A stretch of 64,000 nucleotides of DNA, from assembly GCA_036172245.1 (NCBI GenBank), contig JAYWIR010000022.1, positions 1,922,001-1,986,000 of the forward strand, given 5' to 3'. Positions 49,500 to 63,100 of this stretch are shown in pieces (the stretch's first letter is position 1; each line of letters opens with the position of its first letter). The position numbers and the translations under genes were made by a program. The stretch comes from Raillietiella orientalis. Taxonomy: Eukaryota. The notes below the pieces were generated by a model, which was not told the origin of the DNA, ran no database searches, and worked only from the letters and a program-made list of their open reading frames with translations.

Positions 49500-51600
49500 T
49501 GGAGGGAGTTGCTCTTCTCGTATCTCCGAAGTTCCCTTCCGGAGATGAGGGCGAAAATCGGTAAAGGAGCAGGTTCTTTGTGCTGGAATTTTTCTCCATG
49601 CCTCGTGCTTCCTCGAGGAATCCTCGCGTTGCGAGGATTCCTCGAGGAATTCCGGAGTGAATCGCGACCGGGAGACGTCGCTCTTCCCTCGGAAGGTGAA
49701 CGAGTTGCAGATCCCGAAATCACTCATCTCCTCTTTACGAGAAGGAAATTGCAAACTCCGGCTTTGGTGAAAGCGAGAGCCTTTCAAAGGCGATAGCTTT
49801 CCCTCTTCTTTCTTTCTTTCTTTTTTGTTCGCTGGGTTTCTTAGCAACAAACCAAAGGAATCTCGAAGCCGGCTCTTCGTCTGCATAGTAGGCTTTCAAA
49901 GACTGCCTCTGCAGCATGGAATGCAGCTACCTTTCTCCCCTTTTTGCACGTGTTTTGCGTTCCGCAAGCTCTTCGAATTTTCTCCCTGTAGCAATTCAGG
50001 AAAAGGGGCACACGTGGGGCAAAGCTCATCCGAGGGAAGAGTGCCCATCTAGGCAAATGTCATCTGCCAAAAGCGCAGCAGTTCGGACCTGGAAGCTCGG
50101 CAAAATAGGGAGAACGCTTCCTTTTTCAGTGTGAGGTCTTCCAGGCTTAACAGAAGCCTGACATTTGATTTTGAGGTCTGGAGCTTCCCCAGCTTCCCCA
50201 GGGAGTCCCTGCAGCACCAGGAGCAGCCAGTTCAGCAACAGACGCGAGGATGGTCCTTGACGATGTGCTCCCCGAATCTCATCTCGAGAGGGAACTTGGG
50301 TGACGATTGCAGTAGGGCTCTGCGAACGTTCGCGCTTCGGGTGACGCAGTTTCCACTCGTGGCTGGGAAGTTGTCGTCAAAGCGATGCGCACGCCTCTCC
50401 GTCGAAGCAAGTCGGAAGCCAGGAACAGTGGGATCGTGCTCCTCCGTCCGACGGCGGAAGATCTTCCATCTCCTTCGCCTCCTCATACAAAACAGCGAGA
50501 CGAAAGTTGACAGCGATCAAGGCCGATGAAAAGTAAAAGTGAATCGAAATCTCGCACTTAAAGGAGCGAGGAAATTCGTACCACATTGCCCCCTTTCCTT
50601 CTAAAAGTTTCTCTTTGTTTCGCCCGAAACAGTGTTTCAGAATTCTCGCGGTATTTGAATGCCCCCGTGGCTTCCAAGACACGCTCCTTTCGGCTTTTTA
50701 AGCTTCCGCTGCTCCACTGAAACCTCTACTCTGATCTTCCACGGCCTTGCTTTGTCTTCAGGGACAGTCAAACGCACCGCTGACGGGCGGGGATTCTGCT
50801 ACGGGGATCGAGGAGCAGTGAAGAGCACCTCGCCAAGAGCACTAGCAGGCGGGAAGGATCGTGGACCTGTTTCGCCGCTCGGGAAGAATTCAGCCGTTCA
50901 CCTGCTCTTCACTTCTCGACTCAGAGAGCTCGTCTCTCGGAGCAGCGAGAGGTGCACGTGCCACGGCTCCAGCCCGCGCCGACCTCTGGGTCCTTTCATG
51001 GCCGGCTGCCTTCCAGCTGCGCAAATGGTGCTCACAGTCCTTGGTTTTGGGGTTGACTAGCCGGTCTCCAGGTTACCAGACGCTCTGCACGATGAGTCGC
51101 TTCACGCTTTCGTTTTAGAAAGTTTCTTCCCGATCCCCTCCAGTAGAGCCTCATCGCTCCTGAAGTGGGAGAAAGTAGGCGGAAATCTCGAGGAAGACGG
51201 AAAGTTTCGAACGGCCCGAACGAAGAATTTCAAAGAAAAAGAAGAAACGGGGCCGAAGAAGGAAACGATCGATCGGATCAGGAATAATTGCGGCGGCCCG
51301 GTTGTTCTTATCGCTACAAATGCAAAGTCCCTGGAAACGGAAATGGTGGAAGATGAAGAGATAGGGAGAGACCGCTCATAGTGGTCTGGGAGGAGGGCTT
51401 TGATCGCACGAGAAAGAAACTGCTCTCGGAAAGGATCTCGGAGAGAAGAGAACGGGCTGGTGGAGCACCCCGTTAGGCACGACGACGCCGGGTAGAAACA
51501 CACGTCTCTCGCGAAGGTTTTCTTTTAGGAAACGGCAGTCTCCACTTAGTATTGAGAAAAAGACGACGCTGGTGCAGCCAGGATCTTGAGAGGACACGAG
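49500..51600 (-). mobile_element. DIRS MT-like/YR relic upstream of the ZP gene
   Basis: RDPFRE...GPPQLFLIRSI (MT-like); LNWLLLVLQGLPGEAGEAPDLKI (WDL.LVL..L...P..DLK-like). Confidence 0.4.
49609..49649. repeat. Perfect 19-bp-arm palindrome with 3-nt loop
   Basis: ttcctcgaggaatcctcgc-gtt-gcgaggattcctcgaggaa. Confidence 0.95.
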
Positions 51601-53199
51601 GAACAAGAAGCTGCCTTTGTTCTTCATCCGTGTCCTCTGCGTGCCATTACCTCATTCCCTATCCCGCAAGTCTTTTCATCGAAGTTTACAAATCTCAGAA
51701 GAGCTAGAAGAAGGACAAAAAAGTTGCTTTCCGGGAGACTTTATCTTCCGCAACGCCTCCCAGGACAATGCGCTATGTTTGCGAAGTGGAGATTTTCTTT
51801 TGTCCTAGAGGAAGAAAGTTGCTTTCAAGGATTGCACTCACAAACCAACGTTTCTATGCAGGAACATGATCTCGTGAAAAGAATGGCAGGAACTGTTTCG
51901 AGCTCCAAGTGATCTTGTTTTTTTTTTCTCTTTTTTCCTCCCTTTCAAAAAAAAAGAATCAGAGACCTTGTCAATCCAAAGTTCAGTTAGGAGAAGAAAA
52001 CTTCCCGTTTCGGCAGCACAAATGTAAATGCAAGCGAAGAGGCCATGGCAAAATCACGCACGCGAAGGACCTCAAGCAGATATTCTTGCAAATAGCTCTA
52101 TAGGCAAATCACGTGGGGCTACTGAATTACAGGGAGATTAGGAATTTAAAGAGGGTTTCCCGAACGATTTCGTTTCTCAAGCATGGAGGCTCAAAACGTG
52201 GAGACGCAAGCAGCATGGCTCAAAAGCATCGAGAAAATTTCTTCTGCGGCCGAAGAAGAAGAGGGAGAAGAAAATTAATTCCCAAGTCCTTCCGTTAGAT
52301 TAAAAGTACTGTCCGATGGAAAGATGCGTTTTTCATCTCATCTGGAGCGCTCTGCACTTTGCCTTATAGATGACGGCGGGTTGGCTCCCATTTGCAGCAC
52401 CAACCCATGCGCGCACGCTCGTCCGCCGAGCAGAAGCCGCGCTTTATCTCGTTAGAAAGAAGCCCTTCCCTTTCTTCTGATTTTAAAGGAGGATCGTCAA
52501 GTGGAATGGAGTCTTCGAATTTCCCGCCACCTGAATTTTGCACTTCGGGAACATGAAAACGAGAAAGATGGAGGAGTACGCTCTTTCATTCGCTTGCTCA
52601 CAATACCGAGCTTGCTGATGGCACACAGCGGAATGATAGAAACGTATCTTCAATCTCATGTGATAAAAAATCGCCGGATCGTTGGTTCTCTCGATTCTGT
52701 TGTCAGAGATGAATATTAGTCTTTTTGCCGTTGTCGCCGCCGTTTTTAAACGCGCAGAGAAACTGAGTTCGAAAATCTGAGATGTTCTCAGATTTCCATC
52801 ATGAGATGTCTACAGCCCATCTCTCACCTGCGGGAAACTTTCGTAGATGCGATACGCTACGAGAGCTCAAAGAAACAGCGACAGAAGAAACACGGACGCA
52901 AGATGATTTATGCCCGAGTTCTAAATGAGTTTTGAAGAAGAAAAACCGAAAGCGGATTCTGGCGTAGAGACAAGTGTGATCGAATCTCTGTGAGGATGGT
53001 ATACTGCTGAGCGTCCTTCGAGCGGAAATTCCGACTGAGGAAGAACTGGGCTCTTGCCTTCCGATTGCAGCAGCTGCTGTGCATCGTGCGGACAGACGAT
53101 TTCGCACCACTGCATCCCTTCTACTTTGGAAAGTACTCATTCTCTCTTTCTACTGGATTTCATTTCGCTTCCTCCCATCATGCTCTTTCTGGATGTGGG

Positions 53200-56100
53200 C
53201 ACGTGGGCTTTATGCGCAAAAGGCTGAAAGATGATGCAGTACCTCAACACTGGAGCTGGACTTTTGAGGAGGGATTCTTTGTAACTGCAAAAAGAGGGGC
53301 AGCTGACTTTTTTCCTGGCGAGCAGGATCTGCCACTAGTGTTTCCACTAGCCACTCATGCGACCACTAGTGTTTGCAGTAAGTGCAGTGCTTTCCAGGCT
53401 CAAAACGGAGTTGGCAGTGGATTCTTTCGCTAAGCACAACTCGAAAATTCATCGCATATAATAAAGTGAAGGCGAGTGTTCTGGACAATCGGAACCACTT
53501 TCTGACAAAGATGCCGCCCCATGAATCCTCCGAGAAATGCATGCCTAAAGATGCACATTCTCAAATGATTCGTCTGCTTTCTGGAGACCACAATCTTCCT
53601 TCTGAATCACTACAAAGACCTTTGACTTCAGCAAAAGTCTGTAGTAATCCAAATGAAAGACGACTCAGCGTTCTTGATAGCAAAGCGGCAGAGCGTCGCT
53701 GAGGAACACTGCTTCGAAGGAGTCAGGGCATGCCTTGCACTCACAAATCACTTCGGATTCCCACGGGCAGCGGTCGGATTCGAGATCAACGAAAATTCCA
53801 AAGTGTCTTGGAGAAGGAAACCGAGCATTTATAGCATAAGACACCTGGACGTACACAATGCCATCTTCGTTGCGTGAACCTCCAGTCGAAGAATCTCCCC
53901 GAAGATCCATCCGCCCAATCTCGAACACTCTCGAAATTCAACTCATAAAAGAGACAAGAAAGAAAGCCGCCACATTTCCGGGGCGGAATTCGGACAGCCA
54001 TCGTCTCGAGGGAGATTCCTTCACTTGGATTATCTTCAGGATGGGGTGCTTAGCAGCTTCATGCAAGTCACTATGCTTCCTAACTTATTTTCTCCCTACA
54101 AATTCAACCGGATCGAAGTCAACGTTCCATCTGATTTCAAACGAGGTTCTGCTTCAGAAAGACTCCTCTCATCCACTCATTCACACGAGTTTCTTGGTGA
54201 CCCCACGTATGTCCACTGCTCTGCATGGAAGGTCGTGCTCGCATTTTTCACCACAAGGCACCACAAAAACTTCGAATCTCAGAGCCACCACCAGACTTTG
54301 CCGAGGCAGGTGTGGGTTTGCCTTGGTAGCAAGGAATGATTTCGCCACTTCCAAACCAAACAAGCACTGTGACGAAATGGAGCGAAAGAAAGAGAAGATT
54401 TATGAGATTTTGCGAGACGGAATTTGCCACTGGGCCAGCACTTTTTGCTGGAGCTGCTGCATCTCTCCTACATGGAATTCCTTTGAGTAGCTTCCACCAT
54501 ACTGAGGCTTGAGAATCGGCTTGCTTTTGCTCTCGGCTTCTGAAAACTCATGTACGAGCGCCTTCGCATTTTCCAACGACAACTGTGATCCTTATTGGTT
54601 TTTGAGAAGGCTGGCAGTTGGCATTGAAAGCACTGACCAAAGACGCGCACGTTTTCCCTTTTTATGGAACGCTACCCGGAGTTCGTTTTCAAGAGCGCTG
54701 TTTATCGCCGCTCTCCGTGGCGATCTGTTTTATTGATTACCACTTGTCAGTCGGGCTCTCGAAAGACACGAAGATCGGATTTGAAGGTCCAGATGCAGTT
54801 TTTCCAGTTGCCGGATCAAGTTCATCTAAGCTCTGAATCTCCTGCTCGCCAGCTGCCTGCTGCGACCTGGTTGCACTTTGATAAAGATAGTCGCTTTCAT
54901 CGGCATGCTTTTTACAGAGCCTTGCAGCTTCCAGTCGAGAGAAAAAAAAAAAAAAAACATTCTGATCTGCAGAAACATTCCCTGCTTTGCTGATGCCTCC
55001 GAATGACGAATTGCGGATGAGGAGCTAGCGCGATAAAGATGATTTCAATTTGTCTGCGCAACGAACAATAAAATTGATACTGCAGGTCGAAAAGTGCAAT
55101 TTATAAGCTCTATAATTTGGAGGAAATTGAATGTTAACAACTTTCAGCGCTGTGTTTTTCAACGCTAATGTGGATACAAATGAATCATCCAGCTCCCTGA
55201 GAAAAAGGAAGGCTTCTGCCCGCAAGATTTTTTCAATGTTGCAAACAAGCTGTGGCGAACAGCAGGATGCCATCTTTACCAATGCTGCTTACATAAGTAC
55301 TTTGGGAATGTTGGAGTTTCATCCTAGGATAACGAAAAAGACATTCCTTAAAGCCATTTATCAAGTCGAATGCCCCAGGGAGAACGATAATAAAGTCCAA
55401 AACGCAAGGAATCCATGAAAGGAACAGACATGCAGGCATTTTTAAAACAGGCGTACAGGAGAGATTTAAACAGCAGACCTTGCTGTCCATATGTTTCCAT
55501 GGTTGCATATTCCCCATGTAACACTGAGTTTAACACTCACAGATAGCGCACCTTTAGGAATGGAAACTACTCGACTCGGTTTCCTCGTGTCCACTTGGAA
55601 ATCGTCACTGAAAAATCATCATCGATGAGCAGATGAGATCATTCTCGGCTTGCAAATGTATCATATCTGATGTTGAATGTAATCTCCACAGCATTGATTT
55701 AATTTCTGCCGAATGTACTGTTTGAATATGAGCGGACGGGATTAGGACGTTGATTTTGGCCGCTGCTGTCCGCTCCAGCAACTTCCGAATGTCTTCTCCT
55801 GGATGGTTCCACAGGTCGAACGGGAATAAAATAAAATGGAGTGTCTGTTGTCGTTTCGCATGCAGTGCCACAGCATTTGAAAATCTTCGCTTTATTTATT
55901 TTTCGTTGACAACGCTTTCTCCCTTTTCTCTTCTGTGGATTTTGTTGACAGCGAGAAATGCAATCTTTAGGGAGGAGAAATTTATTATATCTGAAAGTTC
56001 AGGTCAATAAGAGGAGGAGCAACTGGGAATGTCGACAGGTAACCAAGAGCTTCTTGAATATTTTCTTTTGGGAGAACATGGCGGATTTCAGGGTATGTTC

Positions 56101-57750
56101 TCGAAATGATGCTGTTTCTACCTCGGTCCTACATTCGTTAGCATAACCATGATGCGTGTTGAAACAAGAAAAAAGAGACAAAGACGAATGGGCAATTTCA
56201 GAATAGTGGCAGGAGCCACATCCGGAAAAATTCCATTAATCGTTAAAACCTGACAATTCTGAAAGATCCATTTGAAATCAAAGAGCTTGCAGCTACTGCA
56301 AAGACACATGTGGTGAAAGTGCAGAAATTTTTCCAGGGAGATTCTAGGAAAATGCACATTTAGAGCAGCCGAAAGTTCACTTTCAGATTTCTTATCGGGT
56401 AAAAAAGCGACCTATTAGAGATTCCTAAGAAGAAAAAAAACTTAATGAGATAATTCTCCAACTGTATTAGAAGAAATCGGAGCGTTTGCAAGGATATGCT
56501 CGATAACCGAATTGCTAGATGGACTTCTCAACTGCAGTCGTAGAGTATGAAATAGTGATAGGAAACTCTAATGGAATTAATCAACAAGTGCAAAACATGC
56601 TTTGAATAAGATCCTTTGTCTTCGTTAATTCTTGTGATGTGTTCATCTACCCAGGGCATTTTGGATTCCCTTTATTTAATGTCTAGTGAGTCCTTCTTTA
56701 CCAGAGCAACGTCTTTGTTATTCGCTTTCCTTGCCTCGGTGGTTCAAACATTCCTATATATTTGCTGTACTTGAACAAATGTACACATTTCCTCAAGTAG
56801 TGAGAAAGTATCTCTGGTTTCTGAAACACGATTGCAAAGCCGCTGCCAGCTTTCCACCGTGTTATCTATTCATACTTTTTCATCCTTCACGATTCCTTTC
56901 TCAAGTGATCTCGAACGGGAAGAGATCATTATTTTGGTTATTTGGTTTCCGTTACATTGCCACACTAGTCATTATCTTCATGCCAAATGAATAAATCCCA
57001 TTCCTCATTTTTCAGATTTGCAGTCACTGGACTCCGATCCATTCTTCATAACACGCCGCTTTTGATGTGATCGATAGCGTCGAAAGTGGAAGAGATTTCA
57101 GTTCTCAAACTCACGGACTATTCTGAAGTTCCCACGTCACTCTGAATTCCTTTCTCGAAACTGAAATCCCATTCCAGTTTGCAGGATCCAAGAAAAACAG
57201 CTGATGGTTGCTTAACCCGGAGCGCTGACTTCGCCGAAAATAATGATCTTTGAGGAAAGACTACTTGCTAAAATAAACTCATCTTCTCAGTTTTCGAAGT
57301 GATTTTATTATCGCAACGCTGAGGATATGTAATTGTGTTTTTCATGCTATTTTCCCTCTCGTCCCATCAAGCTAATTTACCAAAGTACCAGTCGTTCGGT
57401 CCCACGACACCAATGAATAGCACACAATTTCAATGCATCTTTAAGAAATATGACCTTTAATGGAGTTGAACTCGCCGGTATCTGTATACCCACTGTATCT
57501 TGAGCAGAATTTCCCTCTCTCTTGAAGATGGAAGCTTGGAATCTTTTTTGATTTTCATACTTGTAGAAATAAATTTTAGTGAAGCCAATTTTGTTTGTGT
57601 ACTCTTGTCGAAGGTAACCCAGGTTTGCGTTTATGAGATCTGCTTCGAGTTCTTCAAGAGTCTTCACTGTTCTAATGTTGTTCACTCCACCTCTCACGTT
57701 GCTTTGTAATCTTGATCTCTCTTACCTCTGAAACCGAGCTGGAAATCCAG
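53200..57750 (-). mobile_element. Degenerate BEL/Pao pol relic (protease-RT-RNase H-integrase)
   Basis: In order: RISLEKF/TINGIFPDVAP/IMVMLTNVG (RT), FDLWNHP..VLIPS..WRLHSTSD and WKHMDSKV (Pao RNase H LH.FSDAS, WTDS), RWNVDFDPVEFVG, INARFPSPRHFG, LGMHF (integrase). Confidence 0.6.
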
Positions 57751-58829
57751 AAATCAACAGGGTTCAGCGTCTATTATATCTTCGGGTTTCCCTCCAAATA
57801 GAGTTAATGAGTGCCTCAGAGAAACCAAAAATCGCTCTTCATTCCTGCCAGCTCTTTCTGAAATTATTGAATTCCTGCTTTGAATTCCATAGATCACTTT
57901 TTGCAAGCAAGGTTAAAAAGGTATAAATATGTCAGTATTATATTAAAGAGATTTGCAGCAAAAAATGTTAGGGTTATGCATTACGTAATTTATGATTAGT
58001 GAAAGAAATGAAACACCGTTCATCTAAAGTTTACCTTTTGAGCACCTACTCGATTCGCGATTTTTTATAATTTCATTTCTGTTGCTCAAGTATCAGCTGC
58101 TTCTGTTGAAGACTTAATTTATGAAAAGTGTTTTATACTGAAAATCCAACATCAAACTAAGAATTTCCTACCTTTTTTTTTTTCTTTTCTTTTAAGGTGT
58201 TGGCTTTTAAAGTAGTGATCATAGTAATGTATCCTATGATTGCTCCTATATGAAAAAAAAGAAAAAGAAAAAACAATCAGTTTTGCAGTCATTTCAGCAT
58301 GTGTTTCTTTTTTACTCCAGCTAAGTATTTAAACTAAGCAAATTAATAAAATAAGTGTTTTAAAATAAGTGGTGGAGCGAATTTTAAGGAAATGCCTCCG
58401 ACTTGATATTTTTTTCAGGTGCCTGAAATAAAATGAGTCTCATTGAGAAGAAAAAATCGCTGTTCAAACATTTACTCTGAACACCATGATTAATTTTTAA
58501 GGCTGCTACATAATTTCTGATTTGATAAACGTCTTTTATGAAACTGAGAACCGATGGCATCATGATGTACATACAACATCGCATTGATTAAATTGTTGCA
58601 AGTTCATGGAAAAACAAGGAAATAAAAACAAAACAAAATCACAGGAAATAAGCCATGAAAGGAACTGAGTAAAACATTCTAGTAAAATAATTCCTAATTT
58701 GGTTTATAGGAACTGAGAATAAACCTTATAATTAAAGTAAAGAACTCTACTTAACCTCAGAGCAAAATTATTTTATTATTCATAATCAGGGGACAGTTCT
58801 TTTTAATTCCACGCATAAAAATCTGTAGA

Positions 58830-59230
58830 TGAAACATGATAACCCCTTTTTTTTTCTGTAATCGATGGTTTCGAGGTTATCATGTAACAACGTAGCAACG
58901 CGATCGTAATACTAAATTACGTAACTTAATTTTCATCCGCATAATTTAAAACAGGACGGGTAGGAAATCATCCGAAAACCATGTTTGGTTGTATCAAAAT
59001 TTTTGAACTTGGTGGTTTATTCTTTGCTTTGCAATCCATTAGCTGCTGCATGTTGTATTCATCGTTGTATCATGCTACGGTTAGGAAAGCTCAGTCTTCG
59101 GTTACCTAAATTTCATGCATCCTAATAGGACTCTGGTTATTCTGATAATTGAATGCATAATCCGGTAACTAAAATTTCCGTTCGTAAATAATTAGAGCTT
59201 ATATACAGTGTAGCCATATGTCTCCGGTAA
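58830..59230 (+). promoter_or_regulatory. Putative TEX11 promoter/5' region: locally CpG-retaining, with X-box-like motifs
   Basis: CpGs are frequent at 58860-59230 but rare in the gene body; GTTATCATGTAAC and GTAGCAAC resemble RFX X-box sites. Confidence 0.35.
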
Positions 59231-59401
59231 ATGATTATTGATACATACCCAAGTCGTTTTTCTTTTATTAGGCAATTGTGTTAATACTTACTGCATAAAT
59301 GACTTGATTGTTTTCAGATGATAATACTGCATTAATGGTTACTGGATGCTGCCTGTGGCCACTTAGTTTGGTTTTCCTTGAAGATTTGCATCGTAATGCA
59401 G

Positions 59402-60155
59402 TTTCTTAGAGCTATCGTACTGCAACTGGAAAGAGTTTCTGAGCATATGGCTTTCAGTGATCCAGAGATGTTTGTGACCATATTTTCTGACCTATTTACT
59501 CTAATGAAAAGAGTAGGAACTAAATATCTTGATAAGATAAAAGGGTCGAAAAAGAAGGCAAAGATTAATCTTGATGGAAGTATCATGAAAGCATGGGAAA
59601 TATACCAGTTTATAAAGAAGATGTCTTTAAATTCTTTTGACTTATATAGAATTCATTATTCTCTGTCTATTATTATTTACACATTCATGGTATTGAGAAA
59701 AAAATATACACTTTTTTTTGTATATTCTTCTTCAACTATTTTGGAAACTATGGTTTTGGCATGGGATTTGCATGTTAAGAGAGAGAGAAATTGTAAAAAG
59801 GAGATACAGATACTGCGAAGAATTCTAGAAGAGAAGTTTATCATATCTTCAGATTTGATTAATCAAAAACAATTTTGCCTCACGAATAAATTATCTATTT
59901 ATATGCTGAAATATACCATGAAAATTACAAAATTTCAGTATATATTAATGTTACTCACACATAATATTCAGAAGCAAAATCTGAAGGCATCATGGAAACT
60001 GGTGAATAGAATCTTGAGTGAGTTATCGTATTCGGTGTATCCCCTCTGTTATTCAAGATTCCTATCAAAGTTGTCATATAATTGTGGTTTAAGTCTATAT
60101 AGAGAGAAAAAATTCAAGCAGTCTTGTAAGTGGTTGCATATATCATTTTCATTGG
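59402..60155 (+). CDS. TEX11: TEX11-like large 5' exon (SPO22-domain region)
   Basis: Within ORF 59378-60193; ends at G|GTAAG; contains the LSYNCG...WL..SF motif; may hide in-frame introns. Confidence 0.75.
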
Positions 60156-63100
60156 GTAAGAGAGAATCACATTGGTATCTGTATTGTTTGTAATTATTTT
60201 ACAGCAAGACAGTCAGAATTTTCTGATGACAAAGCTTGTTTGCCCAGAATTCTTTTGCTTTTGTCTATGGTATACCTGTCCATTCCAGATATCTCCTTCA
60301 ATGAGAGAGCCTTGGATTCTCTTGGTTGTTTTGAATCATGCTGTCAGAGCACAATCACAGGTTTGCCATATTTATCAAATGGAAAAAAGCTCAGTAGGCA
60401 AGATGGTATTCATACTGACATTAATTGCAGTATTTTTCTTAAAGTTTTCTTATTGCCAACTGATTAAGATTTCGAAATTGGTCTTCTTTATAGTGTTTTT
60501 ATTATGAATTATAAATTAAATGCTCGATTAAGAGAATTGATTTCGATATTAAAAGGTTTCAATTTTGACAATGAAATATGATTTTAGCATCCAACGAGAC
60601 TACTGGCATGTATATTTTCTTGAAAGTCAAAGCTTTGCTTTGCCTAAATGAAACTAAAGTAAGAGTTTTGAATTTTTTGCATTATCATAAAAGGATGCTA
60701 AAAACAAATGATACGTTATTTAAAAATGTAAGTATTTGCTAGAATTATCTTTTATTTGAGTTTGATCTTCTTAATTTATGATTACTTTCTACTAATGTTT
60801 GATTGCTGTCTTCTAATTATCTGTTTGCATGAAAGATTATGGGATTGCTTGCAGAACAGAAAGCTGATCTCCTTCATGATTTTTTTTGTCTTTTTGAATG
60901 TGAGATATATTTACCTATGAAATCACAAGCTCTCTTGGAAATTGTTTTCCAATGTTTTGATAAAGGGGTGAAGAATTTGGAAATTGTGAAAGCTTTTTTG
61001 CCTCACATAAAAGGTTTCTCATTCCACACTTTCCACATACTTAATTGCAGTATTGTATTTTTTAGATTATGATTGCATGAAGCAGCTGTTCAATTCAGTT
61101 CTTCATAATGTTGTGCTCTTATCAAAAACTGAACACTCAGATGAAGCTAAACTCTGGCTTACTTTAGCATTCTCAATAACACAGAATGAAGGTAAACAGT
61201 ATTATTTATTAATGCTGAAATTATAGTTGGATCTTAATTTAGCACCGTTGTTTTATGTGATTGCAATTTTGCTTGTGTTATACATCTTTTGTCTGAACTG
61301 GAATTGCATGCCTTTGCCATGTCTGTGAAAAGTTCATTATTTGTGATTTGTTGCATTCTGTTGAAGAAATTGTTTGAGACAGTTGTTCTGTAACAGAACA
61401 TTCATTTATGAAATCACATCTGTTTTGTTCTAGGAAATATTTGTTAATTGCTTATTGCTTAATTTTCATCAGAGAAAGGTGTAGATTTTTCATCTCCCCT
61501 GTTTCTGAGGATAAAATGTTTTCAGGTAGCATGCTGGTCTATATTGTCACCCCAGAGTATTCTGGTCTATTTTCTTATTTGACTTGTTTTTAGTACTTCA
61601 GTTTTTTCAATTATTCTAAAGTGCTTCAACTATTCTAAACTTTTCTTGAGATGCTGAGTTGCTCACATGTTGAAAAATTCTTTTTCCAGTTGGATGATTC
61701 ATCTGTTATAGCTTATCACTCAATTTAAGAATTTAAAATATTAAATTCTTAAATTTTGTTGCATCTACTGTTTCTTTTGACTTTGATAACCGATGGAAAA
61801 AACGTTAGGCAAACATGGTGTTTAGAATTTCAATATATTAAACCAAATTCATTTGCAAGTGCTTCATGCATTTGCATTGTCGACTGAATAATTTAATATG
61901 GACTTGTTCATTTGCTAAAAGAGCAGATTTGCAAGTTGGCATCAGAATCTACCTTAGCTTAGCATTCATCTAGGAGAAACAAAATTAATACATTGTAATT
62001 GAAACAGAGACCTATAACATAATGACAGGCACATCTTATTTTCTATAATGATTCTCATATTCTTTTTTCACTAAGGATTTGTTATTGATGAGAACAGTTA
62101 CTGTGACTTGGCAACATGTAGTATTCAGTTGGGGGCTCTCCAGGATGCTGACAGATACTTGTCCAGCTTTCCAAGCAACGATTTGCCAAGTAATCTGCTG
62201 ACTCTGTGTTTAGCAATGATCCATAATGATCCAAGTAAAGTAAAGAACGTGTTAAAGAATCTAGGTAACACATTTTCACCACTTTTTAAATGCACTGATT
62301 CTCTGAAGGTACTGAAACAAAATATCTGTCTGTATTTGAATGTCATGTTTGGTGTGGAACCATGAAGGTAGCTTTTGAATGTAATCAAGTTAATATTGGC
62401 CTCACCCTGTTTCATATGTTTTCTTCAGTTGTTCCCCCAAATGACTCTTTATTTGAAGAATATTTGAGTGTGGTTAAGTAAGTAGTGATAAAATAAATTC
62501 AGTAGTATTGGTCATCTAGTTACCAGCTTCCTCACTTACAAAAGAGAAATTTACATCTTTGTGGATCTGAAGAAGAAAAACAAAATCATCAGCTTTTAGA
62601 AACCACAGTTTGGTTACTGAGGAAGTGTTTGGTTATGTGCGAACAGTTTCAGGTGAACCCAATTGGATCGCATCTGTGACCTTCTTTCTATGCAGTGTAA
62701 ATCAAATTATAGGGAATCTGTCATCTGGAGCTGGAAAGTCAGTTGGAATCTTGCTTTACATCATGTGGAATGCAGTCATTCACCTTATTTATTTTCTTTG
62801 GCTGGATGTTTTCTTCAGTTTTTGGAGGTGAAATTGATTAGCTTTAGAACATTAACAACTTATATACTAGGGAGATTGGCCAGCTTGGCTTGACACAGTG
62901 AGAACTTGTCATCTGTTAGCAGTTGCATCAGCACTCCAAGTGATCCGCAAGCAGCTACCTGGTTGGGAGAATTTTCCCATTGAATCAATGATAAGTCACT
63001 GTCAGAGTTTATGTGATTCTGCAGTCCAAAATAGTCCTGCTATGTATATGTTGCTTCTGTATGATCTGGAAGCCAAAGTAGGTATTTTCTGAGTTGTTTC

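Noticed and set aside
58384..58584. Small ORF or C/D-box snoRNA-like motifs upstream of TEX11
   Set aside because: No similarity recognised; box C imperfect and spacing too short
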